Positions 36,306 to 46,720 of a DNA stretch of 64,000 bases are shown here, piece after piece. Every line of letters begins with the position of its first letter. Positions within the stretch are counted from its first letter, which is position 1. The notes below the pieces were generated by a model. That model made no database searches and was not told the origin of the DNA. It worked only from the letters and a program-made list of their open reading frames with translations. The position numbers and the translations under genes are program-made. Origin of the DNA: Thermoplasmatota archaeon (GTDB lineage: Archaea; Thermoplasmatota; E2; JACPAO01; JAHFTW01); assembly GCA_041601615.1 (NCBI GenBank), contig JBFIHX010000011.1, positions 1 through 64,000 on the forward strand. Reading direction: 5' to 3'.

Positions 36306-38012
36306 ATGCGCGTTCTTCAACTCGGACCCCTGGCATTCGCGGTTTTGCTCCTACTTCCTGGAGCACTCGCGGCGGGCACCGAAGTTGAAGGCCAATTCAC
36401 AAGCCCCCACATCACGTTTGAAACAGTTACAGCCACCAGCAGTCTTGCGGTGTTCTCTGCCGTCGTTGGCAATGATGCTAGCCCAGGCGCAGGCTTTGCA
36501 ATCCAAGCCAAGGCCCTTCAGCTCGAAATCGACCACACAGACCTAGCCACCGGCCCGCCAACCTACATTCGAGATTCACCCGAGGCAATCAAAAGCAGCC
36601 ACCGGGACGCAACAATCCGAGGCACCGTCAATCGAAACGGAGGCATCTTCTTGGTAGCCCCGTTAACCGCATACCCGCCACCACAAGTACAGACCTCCAC
36701 TGAATGCCTCGAAATCGTCCCTCCGTCGGAGGGCAAAATGGACAGTCTCCCACAAGTTCAGCCCAACCCTGAGAAACGTCCGTTGGTGGTGGCTTCACTG
36801 GATTCGGCGGTTCGAGTCGCGCCGTGTAGTCTCGTGGCAGTGGTATCGATTTCGGGGGCGTTCATGGTGCAGTTATGGGAATGGGACGCCCTGCTCCAAG
36901 ACGCATCGGGCCAACGAACCATTTCCACGGGCTTTCACGCCGACCAAACCGGCGTAACCGGCACCGCCGACGAAGCATGGATCTTCGTCGAATCCGGCAC
37001 CATCACCATGCCAGTCGGCGCCGGCACCCTCCTGTACCTCGAAGAAATCCAAGCCACCGCCCAGAAAGCCACCGCCAAAGAGCCCCAAGGCACGCTTCGC
37101 GTCGGCTCCGGGGCCCTCGACCTCCAAGGCAAGGACGTAGAAGTCCAAGGGCGCCTCAAACTCGAAATCCAAGGCACAGGCGCCAAGGAACCACCCAAAG
37201 TCAGCCTTGACGGCCAGGACGCCTTCATAGCGGGCGCTGCGTCCACGAACACGCCCAGATTCGCACCCCCCGCGGCAACCAATGTTGGCGCGTGGCTAGT
37301 GGGTGCAGTGATTGCCGCTGTCCTTGCATCAGGGGGCCTAGTATACCGTGAACGACGGCACCGGGGCCGCGCCGAAGTCGTGCGGTTGCCGCCCATTTCA
37401 ACGAGTCGCCGCCACGCCATCCAGCTCTACCGAATCTGGATTACCAATACCGCATTCGATGGCCGTGCCGGCGCCCGCAACCAACGGGAACAACACCGCT
37501 ACGGCCTGCTCTTGCAAGGACTCCGAGCCAACCAAGCCGAGGGCATCAGCGATGAGGAAATTGAAGCCATCCACGAAGCAGCTTCAAGCCTCTACGAGGA
37601 TGAGATCATTGCGCAACTTGAGGAAGCAGAAGGCTTCCTGATGCTTGGCAAAACCACGTTTGCCGACGCATCCATCAACAGCGCCATCGAGGTCGCAAGC
37701 GAAGTCAAAGGCGGCGCCAGTCGCGTCCTCCAGGCGCGTATCCTCATGACCCAGGCCGCGTATTGCGCCATGGAAGCAGACTACCGAAGCAACGTAGACC
37801 CCAAATTCGAAAGGGAATCTCGTGACGAAATCGAACGCCTCGTACTTGCCGCATACAGCCAAGACCCCGACGTTACCCGAGCACTCGGAGCCCAACCCGT
37901 CTTCGAGAAATTCAACCGCGACGCCTACTTCGCCAACATCATTGGCTACAAACCCCGCACCCCACCAGCTCCCAAGGACGACTACGCCGACTCCGGCAGC
38001 GAATACACGTAG
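36306..38012 (+). CDS. Single-pass receptor-like membrane protein with helical (TPR-like) cytoplasmic tail
   Basis: Signal peptide, beta-rich ectodomain, TM WLVGAVIAAVLASGGLVY followed by basic residues, helical C-terminus. Confidence 0.72.
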   Translation: MRVLQLGPLAFAVLLLLPGALAAGTEVEGQFTSPHITFETVTATSSLAVFSAVVGNDASPGAGFAIQAKALQLEIDHTDLATGPPTYIRDSPEAIKSSHRDATIRGTVNRNGGIFLVAPLTAYPPPQVQTSTECLEIVPPSEGKMDSLPQVQPNPEKRPLVVASLDSAVRVAPCSLVAVVSISGAFMVQLWEWDALLQDASGQRTISTGFHADQTGVTGTADEAWIFVESGTITMPVGAGTLLYLEEIQATAQKATAKEPQGTLRVGSGALDLQGKDVEVQGRLKLEIQGTGAKEPPKVSLDGQDAFIAGAASTNTPRFAPPAATNVGAWLVGAVIAAVLASGGLVYRERRHRGRAEVVRLPPISTSRRHAIQLYRIWITNTAFDGRAGARNQREQHRYGLLLQGLRANQAEGISDEEIEAIHEAASSLYEDEIIAQLEEAEGFLMLGKTTFADASINSAIEVASEVKGGASRVLQARILMTQAAYCAMEADYRSNVDPKFERESRDEIERLVLAAYSQDPDVTRALGAQPVFEKFNRDAYFANIIGYKPRTPPAPKDDYADSGSEYT

Positions 38013-38295
38013 TTTTTCGTTCTTAGCTCTCGACACGGGCAGAATTTACAAATCAGTGCGCCTAAGGTCATTTTGGCCAGCAGGAAATTTGAGTTGACCC
38101 ATGCAACCAGGGTACTTCCTGCAACGCACGGCACTTGTGTGGCGACCGCCTCGTCCCAGCCCATGCATCGGGCCAACGGTCCATCCCCCAAATCGAGTCA
38201 ACGAATGCGAAAATCACGGCGCTGGCGCTGAAGTTGGAATCCAACCGGACAACACCACATTCATATCCTTCCAAGTACAGGCCCGCTCGACGCGC

Positions 38296-38802
38296 GTGTC
38301 CCTCCCCGAGTACCTGCCGTACCTGCAATTCTTTGGCCAAATCGCCCTCATCACAGCCGCGACCATCGCGGGATACCAACTCGTGATGAATCGCCGGGAC
38401 CGGGCAGAGGCCAATGCGCTTGCCGTGCTGACCTCGCTGCAGTCTCCAGAGTTTCGTCAAGCGTATGCTCTGGTGTGGACGCTGCCACTGGACGCGACGG
38501 CCGAGGACGTGCGCAGCCACGGGCCGGGCATGGAGGAGGCGGTGGAGTGCGTGATGATGACGTTTGAGACCATGGGAGTCATGGTGCACAATCGCCTCGT
38601 GCCCATTGAGCTCGTCGACCAAGTCATTGGCGGCTTTCTGCGCGAATCCTGGCGTCGCACCCGCAACTACCTGCTGGTTCGTCGTGAAGAAGTAGGCAGC
38701 AAGCGCCTGGCGGAGTGGTTCCAGTGGCTCGCAGAGCACTTGGCAGTCAAAACCCGTCGAAGTGTCGGTGCCTACGAAGCGTACCGCGAATGGAAACCCT
38801 AG
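38296..38802 (+). CDS. DUF4760-like membrane-anchored protein
   Basis: N-terminal TM; FETMGVMVH, W, and EWFQWLAE pattern. Confidence 0.65.
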   Translation: MSLPEYLPYLQFFGQIALITAATIAGYQLVMNRRDRAEANALAVLTSLQSPEFRQAYALVWTLPLDATAEDVRSHGPGMEEAVECVMMTFETMGVMVHNRLVPIELVDQVIGGFLRESWRRTRNYLLVRREEVGSKRLAEWFQWLAEHLAVKTRRSVGAYEAYREWKP

Positions 38803-38868
38803 GGTTCATGCACACTCATTGTTCTCGGGGGGTTTTTTGAATCCAGTACGACTGACTTGTTCGTGCAA

Positions 38869-40368
38869 ATGTGGACCCTTGGGCTTGCCCTCCTCTGTTT
38901 GTGTGCAGCTCCCGTCGTGGGTGCCCAGTCCTTTGCATTTGGTTCGGTAGTGGGTTCGGGTGATGCCGATGTGCACACAACCCTCCAGTTGGCGCCGGAC
39001 CCGGTATCGCTGTGCCGTGCCAAGGTCGATGATGCTGCATGGGTCGCCGTGTTTGATCACGGGGCGTCTCGCCATCCCTCCGTCCATGGCGCAAATGCGG
39101 GCGAGTGGTTGGAGATGGGTGACAATTGCATCGGTTGGCCCAGCATCCGATTTCTTGACCTTGATGGCAATTTTGACATGTCTGCTGATGAGCCGCTCTA
39201 CATGGATTTGGACGAGAGCTACAATGTGTCCGTCCATGACGTGCGTTTGTCCGGTTCGCCGGGCGTCGTGGCTCCGGGCGACCCGAACCTCGGTTTTCCC
39301 CTCGCCCATTCGTTTCTAGAACCTCAATACGCGGGTTCTGGACCTGATGCACCATTTTCGCCGGGCACGCCCTGGTATTTTGCTTACGGGTTCGATGTGC
39401 AAGAGGGGGACGTACGCATGGGGGGAAGCTACGCCAATGCCAGCACTCCCCCAGCGCCACCCACTTCGCCCTCTGTTCCTCCGACTCCACCAACGCCTCC
39501 GGGGGTGCCGCCTTCGCCAACGCCAACGCCGTCGACGCCGCCAACCCCACCTACCTCGACATCAATTTCGCCAGCCGGACCCGATGTGCAATCCAATGCG
39601 GGGCCGACGGGCCCTTTCAACTTGGACGGCAATGCGGCGTTGTTTGGCGGTGCAATCGGGTTGGGCCTGCTTGCTCCTCTGCTTGGCCGGGTGAGCCTTC
39701 GAGCGGAGACGGGCTTTGCCATAGCGTCGTGGGCCATCCATCTGATGTTGCTGGCGCTTGGAACTTCGGTCAATGCGCTTTCGCTGGGCGTATTGGTGTG
39801 GAATGGACTTGCGTTCGTGGCGTACCGGGCCGGCCGACGCCGCGCCCCGCGTGGCGTCCAACGGCTTGCAGGAACTGTGGGCATCGTGGGCCTCATCGAG
39901 GTGCACGCCGACCTCCAGAACCACACTTGGAACCGAGACTTTTGGATGCGCGCCACCAGCGACGAGGAGGAAGGAGCGGAGGAGCGCGTTTCGTTCATGA
40001 TTGAGGCCCAACTTGGTGCCTATCGACTGTTTTTCTACCGACGACACCGCGTTCGATTGGAGCCCAGTGTGCGCGCTGTCGGGGGAGATCCGCCCAAAGT
40101 GGCGCAGCTTGGAGTTTCGGCGGGAGCCAGCGGAGACCTTGCGGTGGTGCTGAACCAACAAGTCTTGGCCGACCATGGCGTGGTGCTGGTGGAGGCCACG
40201 GCGGAAGTGGCATTTGCAACGAGAGCTTGGCGCGTGGCGTTTGCCGCGAAGGGGCTGAACGTGGATGGCACCGTGGGGGGCGACCAGGTGCAGCACCGCG
40301 TCGGACTGGGATTGTTCCAGTGGCCTCGCCCTGAGGTCCCGCACCAAGTCTCGGTCTCGGGCGACTAG
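38869..40368 (+). CDS. Secreted or membrane protein with DxDxN loops, Pro/Thr stalk and TM helices
   Basis: Signal peptide; LDLDGN and YMDLDESYNVSVHDVRL; PPTPP stalk; three hydrophobic segments. Confidence 0.65.
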   Translation: MWTLGLALLCLCAAPVVGAQSFAFGSVVGSGDADVHTTLQLAPDPVSLCRAKVDDAAWVAVFDHGASRHPSVHGANAGEWLEMGDNCIGWPSIRFLDLDGNFDMSADEPLYMDLDESYNVSVHDVRLSGSPGVVAPGDPNLGFPLAHSFLEPQYAGSGPDAPFSPGTPWYFAYGFDVQEGDVRMGGSYANASTPPAPPTSPSVPPTPPTPPGVPPSPTPTPSTPPTPPTSTSISPAGPDVQSNAGPTGPFNLDGNAALFGGAIGLGLLAPLLGRVSLRAETGFAIASWAIHLMLLALGTSVNALSLGVLVWNGLAFVAYRAGRRRAPRGVQRLAGTVGIVGLIEVHADLQNHTWNRDFWMRATSDEEEGAEERVSFMIEAQLGAYRLFFYRRHRVRLEPSVRAVGGDPPKVAQLGVSAGASGDLAVVLNQQVLADHGVVLVEATAEVAFATRAWRVAFAAKGLNVDGTVGGDQVQHRVGLGLFQWPRPEVPHQVSVSGD

Positions 40369-40688
40369 CTCGTGGACATTTGCCGCATCAATCCAAAGCG
40401 CAGGTTGGTGACCTTCGACCACACTGCCGCGTGAAGCTTTTCTGTGCGTCCGTCGCGGGGCGCAACTTCGTCAAACGCTGCTTGCAATTGGGCCATGTCG
40501 CGCACTTTGATGGCTAGGTGCCATTCGCCGAGTGCGTCGGGCCCAAAGCCGAGTTTGCGCAGCTCCAGGGTGTGGCCTTCGACGGTACCGGCCTCCTGCA
40601 TGTGGGCGATGAATGCCTCGATGACGGCGACGAATTCGGATTGTTTGGTGCCTGGGCGCACATCAAACCAAAGGTGGTAGCGGTCCAC
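40365..40688 (-). CDS. DUF6614-like small protein
   Basis: YHLWFD.RPG, RKLGFGP, EWHL and LH..VWS motifs. Confidence 0.7.
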   Translation of the reverse strand: MDRYHLWFDVRPGTKQSEFVAVIEAFIAHMQEAGTVEGHTLELRKLGFGPDALGEWHLAIKVRDMAQLQAAFDEVAPRDGRTEKLHAAVWSKVTNLRFGLMRQMSTS

Positions 40689-40744
40689 GGCAGGGGCAAG
40701 AAAGGAGAAGGAAAAAGGGCTGGTGTTGCTGCGTGAAACATCGA

Positions 40745-41464
40745 TTAGGTGCTGAGTTCAGCGGTCCAGTAGTTCCATTGCTCGCCATCGATGGTGAGGC
40801 GCAGGTGGCCACGGTATGTCCATGTTCCTTCGCCCATGTCGCAGGTGACGTGGTAGGTGCCGGGGACGCTGCCGCCGCCGGGAACGTGGGTGCAGCCGCC
40901 GTCGCTGCCGCTGGCCGTGGGAGCGTCGGTGCTCTGGCTCCAGTAGTGGCCGCCGATGTGGTCGCTAAATCCAGTTACGTCGCCGCTGATGACGAGGTCA
41001 AACTCGGCAACACCTGCGTTCGTGGTGACGTTGGTGGCGGTGAGTTGGAAGGTGTCTGCGTCGGGTTGGATGGTGACGGTCATGGGCTCGCCCCAGTAGT
41101 CTAGGACGGCTTCCTTGTTGGTGTAGCGAGCGTGGCCGTAGATGTAGGTGGTTCCGATGTGGTGGATGGTGCAGGCGATGCTGAATTCGCCGGGCAATGT
41201 TCCGGCCTGGTGGGCGCAGCCGCCGTCGGAGGCGCTGGCCGAGAGCTCCGAGGGCATGGAGTCGAACCAGTAGTGGCCGCCGATGTGGTCGGTATCTACA
41301 GTGCTTGTTCCAGTGACTTTCATATCAAATACGGCGCCGGGGGGCGTGGTTTCGAGGTTGCTGGTCTCGACGGCGAAGGAGGGCTCGTTGATCGGGGCGG
41401 AGCAACCGGAAAACGCGACGAGCACGAGGGCGAGCAGGGGTGTGGCTGCGTGGATGCGTGACAT
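40745..41464 (-). CDS. Lipoprotein with duplicated DHIGGHYW His/Cys domain
   Basis: Lipobox FSGC; two repeats each with DHIGGHYW, DGGCxH, PG.F/Y...C and GHxR. Confidence 0.78.
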   Translation of the reverse strand: MSRIHAATPLLALVLVAFSGCSAPINEPSFAVETSNLETTPPGAVFDMKVTGTSTVDTDHIGGHYWFDSMPSELSASASDGGCAHQAGTLPGEFSIACTIHHIGTTYIYGHARYTNKEAVLDYWGEPMTVTIQPDADTFQLTATNVTTNAGVAEFDLVISGDVTGFSDHIGGHYWSQSTDAPTASGSDGGCTHVPGGGSVPGTYHVTCDMGEGTWTYRGHLRLTIDGEQWNYWTAELST

Positions 41465-41663
41465 GGTGCTTTGAGGCGAGACTGCGGTGGTCTTGAATCG
41501 AGCGGTCGCGCAAAGCACACTGGGAACTGCCTCAGAGCGTCGATTGCACAGTCCCGTACAGTGGCACACGCCACCCTCCCGGAGAACATATGAAAACAAA
41601 TTCATCCTTCCTCCGTGCCCCTTATACCGCCTTGGTTCATCGCGCGCCCATCGAGGCCCGACC

Positions 41664-42755
41664 ATGACCAAACCCCTGACACTCTTGGAGTCCAAGAAGA
41701 AGGACCTGGGGCTTGACTTGTCCGAGGAGGACCTGCGCAAGCTCTACGTGACCATGGTGCGCACGCGCAAAATGGACGAGAAACTCGTCCTGCTACAGCG
41801 CCAAGGCCGCATCGGATTCTACTTAGCCTGCACTGGCCAGGAAGCCACCCACATTGGCGCCGCTTTCGCGCTGGAGCAAGACGACTGGTTCTTTGCGCAC
41901 TACCGCGACCAAGGCATCCCGCTGCTGAAGGGCGTCGAGATGCAGCGCCTGGTGCACCAATGCTTCGGCAACTCCGCCGACAACACCAAGGGCCGCCAAA
42001 TGCCGGTCCACTACTCCTTCAAGGACATCAACTACGTCAGCGTGAGCAGCCCGCTGGCCGTGCAAATTATCCAAGCCGCCGGCGCCGCCTATGCCATGAA
42101 GGTCAAGGGCCGCAAAGACGTGGTCATGACGAGTTTCGGCGACGGCAGCAGCAGCGAAGGCGACTTCCACAGCGGCATGAACTTCGCCGCCGTGCGCAAG
42201 GCTCCCTGCATCTTCCTTCTGGAAAACAACCAATGGGCCATCAGCGTCCCGCTGCACCACCAAACTGCGAGTGACGGATTTGCCATCAAAGCACAAGCCT
42301 ACGGCATGCCCGGCGTGCAAGTGGACGGCAACGACGTGCTTGCCATGTACCAAGCCACCAAGGAAGCCGTGGACCGCGCCCGCCGTGGCGAAGGCCCGAC
42401 GCTCATCGAAGCCGTCAGCTTCCGCATGGCCGCCCACTCCACCAGCGACGATCCAAGCCGCTACGTTCCCGAAGAAGAATACGCCGCCTGGAAAGCCAAG
42501 GACCCGATTCTGCGGTTCGAGAAATACCTCCTCAAAAACAAGGTCATCGACGAGGACTTCATCCGCGCTACGGCGAAGGCCGGCGAAGATGAAATCAACG
42601 CCTGCATCAAGGCCGCTGAAGAGCCCCTGTGGCACCCGGCGCCCGACACCTTGTTCGACGACGTGTACGCCGAACTCCCGCCGCATCTTTTGGAGCAACG
42701 TGAGCAGATGCGCAAGGACGTGGATGAGCACGGCGTTCCCGGAGGGCACCACTGA
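41664..42755 (+). CDS. pdhA: 2-oxoacid (branched-chain or pyruvate) dehydrogenase E1 alpha
   Basis: LQRQGR, GRQMPVHY, GDGSSSEGDF..NN TPP motif and HSTSDDP. Confidence 0.93.
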   Translation: MTKPLTLLESKKKDLGLDLSEEDLRKLYVTMVRTRKMDEKLVLLQRQGRIGFYLACTGQEATHIGAAFALEQDDWFFAHYRDQGIPLLKGVEMQRLVHQCFGNSADNTKGRQMPVHYSFKDINYVSVSSPLAVQIIQAAGAAYAMKVKGRKDVVMTSFGDGSSSEGDFHSGMNFAAVRKAPCIFLLENNQWAISVPLHHQTASDGFAIKAQAYGMPGVQVDGNDVLAMYQATKEAVDRARRGEGPTLIEAVSFRMAAHSTSDDPSRYVPEEEYAAWKAKDPILRFEKYLLKNKVIDEDFIRATAKAGEDEINACIKAAEEPLWHPAPDTLFDDVYAELPPHLLEQREQMRKDVDEHGVPGGHH

Positions 42756-42949
42756 TGCCGCTGCAAGGCCCCACCGGAACGAAGGCGACGGTCGCACTGT
42801 TCTCCCTCGCGGGCATTCTCTTTGCATACCTGGCCGGCTCCACTGACGACCTGCCCGCGAGCATCGCCTACATGGGAGGCGCGCTGCTGTTGTGGGTGGC
42901 AGCAGGACTGACCATGGGGTTGAAACCCAAACCGGAGGCGGTTGCATGA
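42755..42949 (+). CDS. Small 2-TM membrane protein embedded in the dehydrogenase operon
   Basis: TGATG overlap with E1a and ATGA overlap with E1b; two hydrophobic helices. Confidence 0.72.
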   Translation: MPLQGPTGTKATVALFSLAGILFAYLAGSTDDLPASIAYMGGALLLWVAAGLTMGLKPKPEAVA

Positions 42950-43920
42950 CGACCATGACCCTCATCCAAGCCGTCACGCACACCCTCGCCCAGGCGATGG
43001 AACGCGACCACGATGTGCTTGTTTTCGGCGAAGACGTGGGCCCCAACGGCGGCGTGTTTCGCGCCACCGACGGTCTGCACGCCAAATTCGGCGAGGATCG
43101 TGTCTTTGACACGCCCCTGAACGAGAACCTCATCGTGGGCGCTGCCATCGGCATGGCCGCCTACGGCATGCGCCCCGTCCCTGAGATTCAATTCATGGAC
43201 TACATCTGGCCCGCCTACGACCAGATTGTCAACGAAGCGGCGAAGATGCGCTACCGCAGCGGCGGCGAGTACACCTGCCCCATGACCATCCGCACGCCCT
43301 ATGGCGGCGGCATCCGCGGCGGCCACTACCACAGCCAATCCGGCGAAGCGCCGTTTGCCAGCACACCCGGCCTCACCGTCGTGGCACCCAGCACCGCCCA
43401 CGACGCCAAGGGCCTGCTGCACGCGAGCATCGAAAGCGACGACCCCGTGATTTTCATGGAGCCTAAGGCACTCTACCGAGCCGCCAAGGGCGACGTGTCG
43501 GAGAGCTACTTCAAGGAGGAGCTCGGAAAGGCCGTGGTCCGCAAGGAAGGCACCGACGCCACCATCGTAAGCTACGGCAGCACCATGCCCATGAGCCTCA
43601 AGGCTGCAGCAGCCGCCGCCGAGCAGGACGTTAGCGTGGAAGTCATCGACCTTCGCACCATTTACCCATGGGACAAAGAGGCCGTCCTCAAGTCCGCACG
43701 CAAAACCGGCCGCCTGATCGTCGTCAATGAAGCCCCCCGCACCGGAGGGTTCGCCAGCGAAATCAGCGCCACCGTCGCCGAGGAAGCCATGGAATACATG
43801 GAAGCGCCCATCCGGCGCGTCACCGGCTACGACACCCCCTTCCCCTACACCCTCGAAGGGCTCTACATGCCCAACCCCAACAAAGTCATGCAGGCCATCG
43901 AAGAGGTCATCAATTTCTAG
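42946..43920 (+). CDS. pdhB: 2-oxoacid dehydrogenase E1 beta
   Basis: [25 protein letters not shown] and HSQS motifs. Confidence 0.94.
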   Translation: MTTMTLIQAVTHTLAQAMERDHDVLVFGEDVGPNGGVFRATDGLHAKFGEDRVFDTPLNENLIVGAAIGMAAYGMRPVPEIQFMDYIWPAYDQIVNEAAKMRYRSGGEYTCPMTIRTPYGGGIRGGHYHSQSGEAPFASTPGLTVVAPSTAHDAKGLLHASIESDDPVIFMEPKALYRAAKGDVSESYFKEELGKAVVRKEGTDATIVSYGSTMPMSLKAAAAAAEQDVSVEVIDLRTIYPWDKEAVLKSARKTGRLIVVNEAPRTGGFASEISATVAEEAMEYMEAPIRRVTGYDTPFPYTLEGLYMPNPNKVMQAIEEVINF

Positions 43921-43933
43921 GAGGACACACAAC

Positions 43934-45286
43934 ATGTTCAGCTTCAAACTCCCGGACATCGGGGAAGGAATCCAAGAGGGCGAAATCGTCCGCTGGCTCA
44001 AGGCCGAAGGCGACGCCGTAGACGAAGACGAACCGTTCGTCGAAGTCATGACGGACAAGGCGACCGTCGAACTGACGAGCCCCCGCAAGGGGTCCATCAG
44101 CAAGCTCTACTTCAAGGAAGGCGACACCGCCGAAGTGGGCAGCGTCATTGCCGACATCGACGACGGAGGAGCCGCACCCGCTGCCCCCGCCGAGGCCGCC
44201 GCACCGGTCGCCGAAGCAGCCCCCGCCGTGCCCGCCGCCGAAGAGAAGGAAGAACAGACGCTGTTCGAGCTTCCCAAGGAAGGCGCCGCTGCCACCAAGC
44301 AACTCAAAACCAAGGCCGCCAGCGCCGCCGTGGCGCCCGCAAGCGCTGTGCCCGCAGGGTACAAGGCCACCGCCGCTCCGGCCGTGCGCAAGTACGCCCG
44401 CGAAAAGGACGTAGACATCAACCAAGTGCTCGGCACCGGCACCAACGGCCGCGTCGTGCGCGAAGACATCGACGGATTCCTAGCAGGTGTCGCTCCTGCC
44501 GCCGCAACCACAACCCACGCCGCAGCCGGCGAAGTGCAAGGAATGGCGTTCGACTACAGCAACGTCCACTACAGCACCAACCCCGACTTGGAAGAGCGCA
44601 TTCCGCTGCGTGGCCTTCGCAAGGTCATCAGCAAGGCAATGAGCCGCAGCAAGTACACCGCGACGCACTTCACGTACGTTGCCGAAGTGGACTGCGACAA
44701 GCTCGTGGAAACCCGCAACGCCACGAAGGCAATCGCCGCAGACCGTGGCACCAAGCTGACTTTCTTGCCGTTCATCGCCAAGGCCGCGATCGCGGCGCTC
44801 AAGCAGCACCCGGAAGTCAATGCGGTCTTCGACGAAGTCAACCAAGAAATCGTTCAGAAGTCGTACTACCACCTCGGCATCGCAACCGCAACGGACCAAG
44901 GCCTGATTGTCCCCGTCGTCAAAGACGCAGACAAGAAATCCATGCTCGCCATCGCGGACGAAATCGCGGACCTGTCGGAGCGCACCCGCAACATGAAGGC
45001 GAAGGCCGAGGAGCTCAGCGGCTCCACCTTCACCATCACCAGCCTCGGCAAGATCGGCGGAGTTCTGGCAACTCCCGTCATCAACTACCCCGAGTTGGCG
45101 ATCATGGGCATCCACGAACTGAAGCAAGTTCCCATCGTCAAGGACGGCGAACTGGCCATCGGCTGGCGCATGAACCTGAGCTTCAGCTTCGACCACCGCA
45201 TCATCGATGGCTACAACGGCGCCTTGTTTGCCAATACGCTCATCAAGTACCTAGAAGACCCGCAGCTCCTGCTGCTGGACTCGTGA
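43934..45286 (+). CDS. pdhC: Dihydrolipoamide acyltransferase E2
   Basis: Single lipoyl domain (TDKA), E3-binding domain (PAVRKYA..GTG.NGR) and DHRIIDG. Confidence 0.94.
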   Translation: MFSFKLPDIGEGIQEGEIVRWLKAEGDAVDEDEPFVEVMTDKATVELTSPRKGSISKLYFKEGDTAEVGSVIADIDDGGAAPAAPAEAAAPVAEAAPAVPAAEEKEEQTLFELPKEGAAATKQLKTKAASAAVAPASAVPAGYKATAAPAVRKYAREKDVDINQVLGTGTNGRVVREDIDGFLAGVAPAAATTTHAAAGEVQGMAFDYSNVHYSTNPDLEERIPLRGLRKVISKAMSRSKYTATHFTYVAEVDCDKLVETRNATKAIAADRGTKLTFLPFIAKAAIAALKQHPEVNAVFDEVNQEIVQKSYYHLGIATATDQGLIVPVVKDADKKSMLAIADEIADLSERTRNMKAKAEELSGSTFTITSLGKIGGVLATPVINYPELAIMGIHELKQVPIVKDGELAIGWRMNLSFSFDHRIIDGYNGALFANTLIKYLEDPQLLLLDS

Positions 45287-45319
45287 TATCCATGTGTGGT
45301 ATTTGCGGAGGCACCTAAC

Positions 45320-46720
45320 GTGAGCACCTACGACTTGGCCGTCATCGGCGCCGGCCCCGGCGGCTATGTGGCTGCGATCCGCGCCGGCCAACTGGGCCTC
45401 AAAACCGTCATCGTCGAAGAAGGCGAACTGGGCGGCGTCTGCTTGAACGTCGGCTGCATTCCAAGCAAGGCATTCATCACGGCCGGCAAGGAATTCCAGC
45501 ACGCCATGCACGGCGCCACCAAAGGCTTGCACTTTGCTGCCGGTTCGGTCAACATGCCCGAACTTGTGAGCTACAAAGACGGCGTCGTCAAGAAGCTCAC
45601 CGGCGGCGTCGGCGGGCTCCTGAAAGCCAACAAGGTCGAGGTTCGCAAGGGCCGCGCCACCTTCACTGCCAAGGACACGCTCAAAATCGAGGGCGCTGAC
45701 GCGGGGACGCTCAAGGCCAAGCAATTCATCGTTGCCACCGGCAGCAGCACCATTGAGATCCCTGGCTTCAGCTTCGACGAAAAGCGCATCATCAGCAGCA
45801 CTGGAGCCCTCACGCTCCAACAGGTTCCAGAACACCTCGTCATCATCGGTGGCGGTGTGATTGGCCTCGAACTTGGCTGCGCGTATGCCAACCTCGGCAC
45901 CAAGCAAGTCACCGTCATCGAAATGATGGACCAACTCGTGCCTGGCGTGGACAAGGAAGTGGCCAAGGCCCTGGAGCGGATGCTCAAGAAGCGAGGCTTC
46001 ACCATCCATCTCGGCGCTCGTGCCAAGGAAGCCAAAGTCGTCAAGTCTGGCGTCAAGGTCGCATTCGAATTGGCCGGCAAGGAGCAAACCATCGACGCCA
46101 GCCATTGCCTGGTGAGCGTCGGCCGCCGCCCCAACACTCGCGGGGTCGGACTCGAAGCTGCCGGCGTCAAGCTCGACGACCGAGGTTTCGTCCCCACCGA
46201 CGCCCAGGGCCGCAGCAACGTGCCCTCCGTGTTCGCCATCGGTGACATCACCCACGGGCCCATGCTTGCCCACAAAGCCAGCAAGGAAGGCATCGTGGCC
46301 GCCGAAGCCGCCAGCGGCGACAAGGCGGCAGCCAAGGACTGGGTGACCATTCCCGGGGTCATCTTCACCGACCCCGAAATTGCCACGGCTGGCATCACGG
46401 AAGAGCAAGCCAAGGAGCAGAAAATCGACTACCTCGTTGGCAAGTTCAACGTCGGTGTCCTCGGCAAAGCGCTCGCGGACAACGCCACGGACGGCTTTTT
46501 CAAGATCATCGGCGACAAGAAGACCGACAAGGTCCTGGGTGTGCACATCATCGGTGCCCACGCCAGCGATATGATCTCCGAAGCGGTGCTCGCCATGGAG
46601 ATGGGTGCTACTGTGGAAGATCTTGCCATGACTGTCCACCCGCACCCGACCATGGCCGAGGGCATCATGGAGGCTGCTGAGGCACTGCATAAGAAAGCCA
46701 TCCACGCGGTCAATCGTTAG
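45320..46720 (+). CDS. lpdA: Dihydrolipoamide dehydrogenase E3
   Basis: GAGPGG, GGVCLNVGCIPSK and HPHPTMAE motifs. Confidence 0.96.
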   Translation: MSTYDLAVIGAGPGGYVAAIRAGQLGLKTVIVEEGELGGVCLNVGCIPSKAFITAGKEFQHAMHGATKGLHFAAGSVNMPELVSYKDGVVKKLTGGVGGLLKANKVEVRKGRATFTAKDTLKIEGADAGTLKAKQFIVATGSSTIEIPGFSFDEKRIISSTGALTLQQVPEHLVIIGGGVIGLELGCAYANLGTKQVTVIEMMDQLVPGVDKEVAKALERMLKKRGFTIHLGARAKEAKVVKSGVKVAFELAGKEQTIDASHCLVSVGRRPNTRGVGLEAAGVKLDDRGFVPTDAQGRSNVPSVFAIGDITHGPMLAHKASKEGIVAAEAASGDKAAAKDWVTIPGVIFTDPEIATAGITEEQAKEQKIDYLVGKFNVGVLGKALADNATDGFFKIIGDKKTDKVLGVHIIGAHASDMISEAVLAMEMGATVEDLAMTVHPHPTMAEGIMEAAEALHKKAIHAVNR

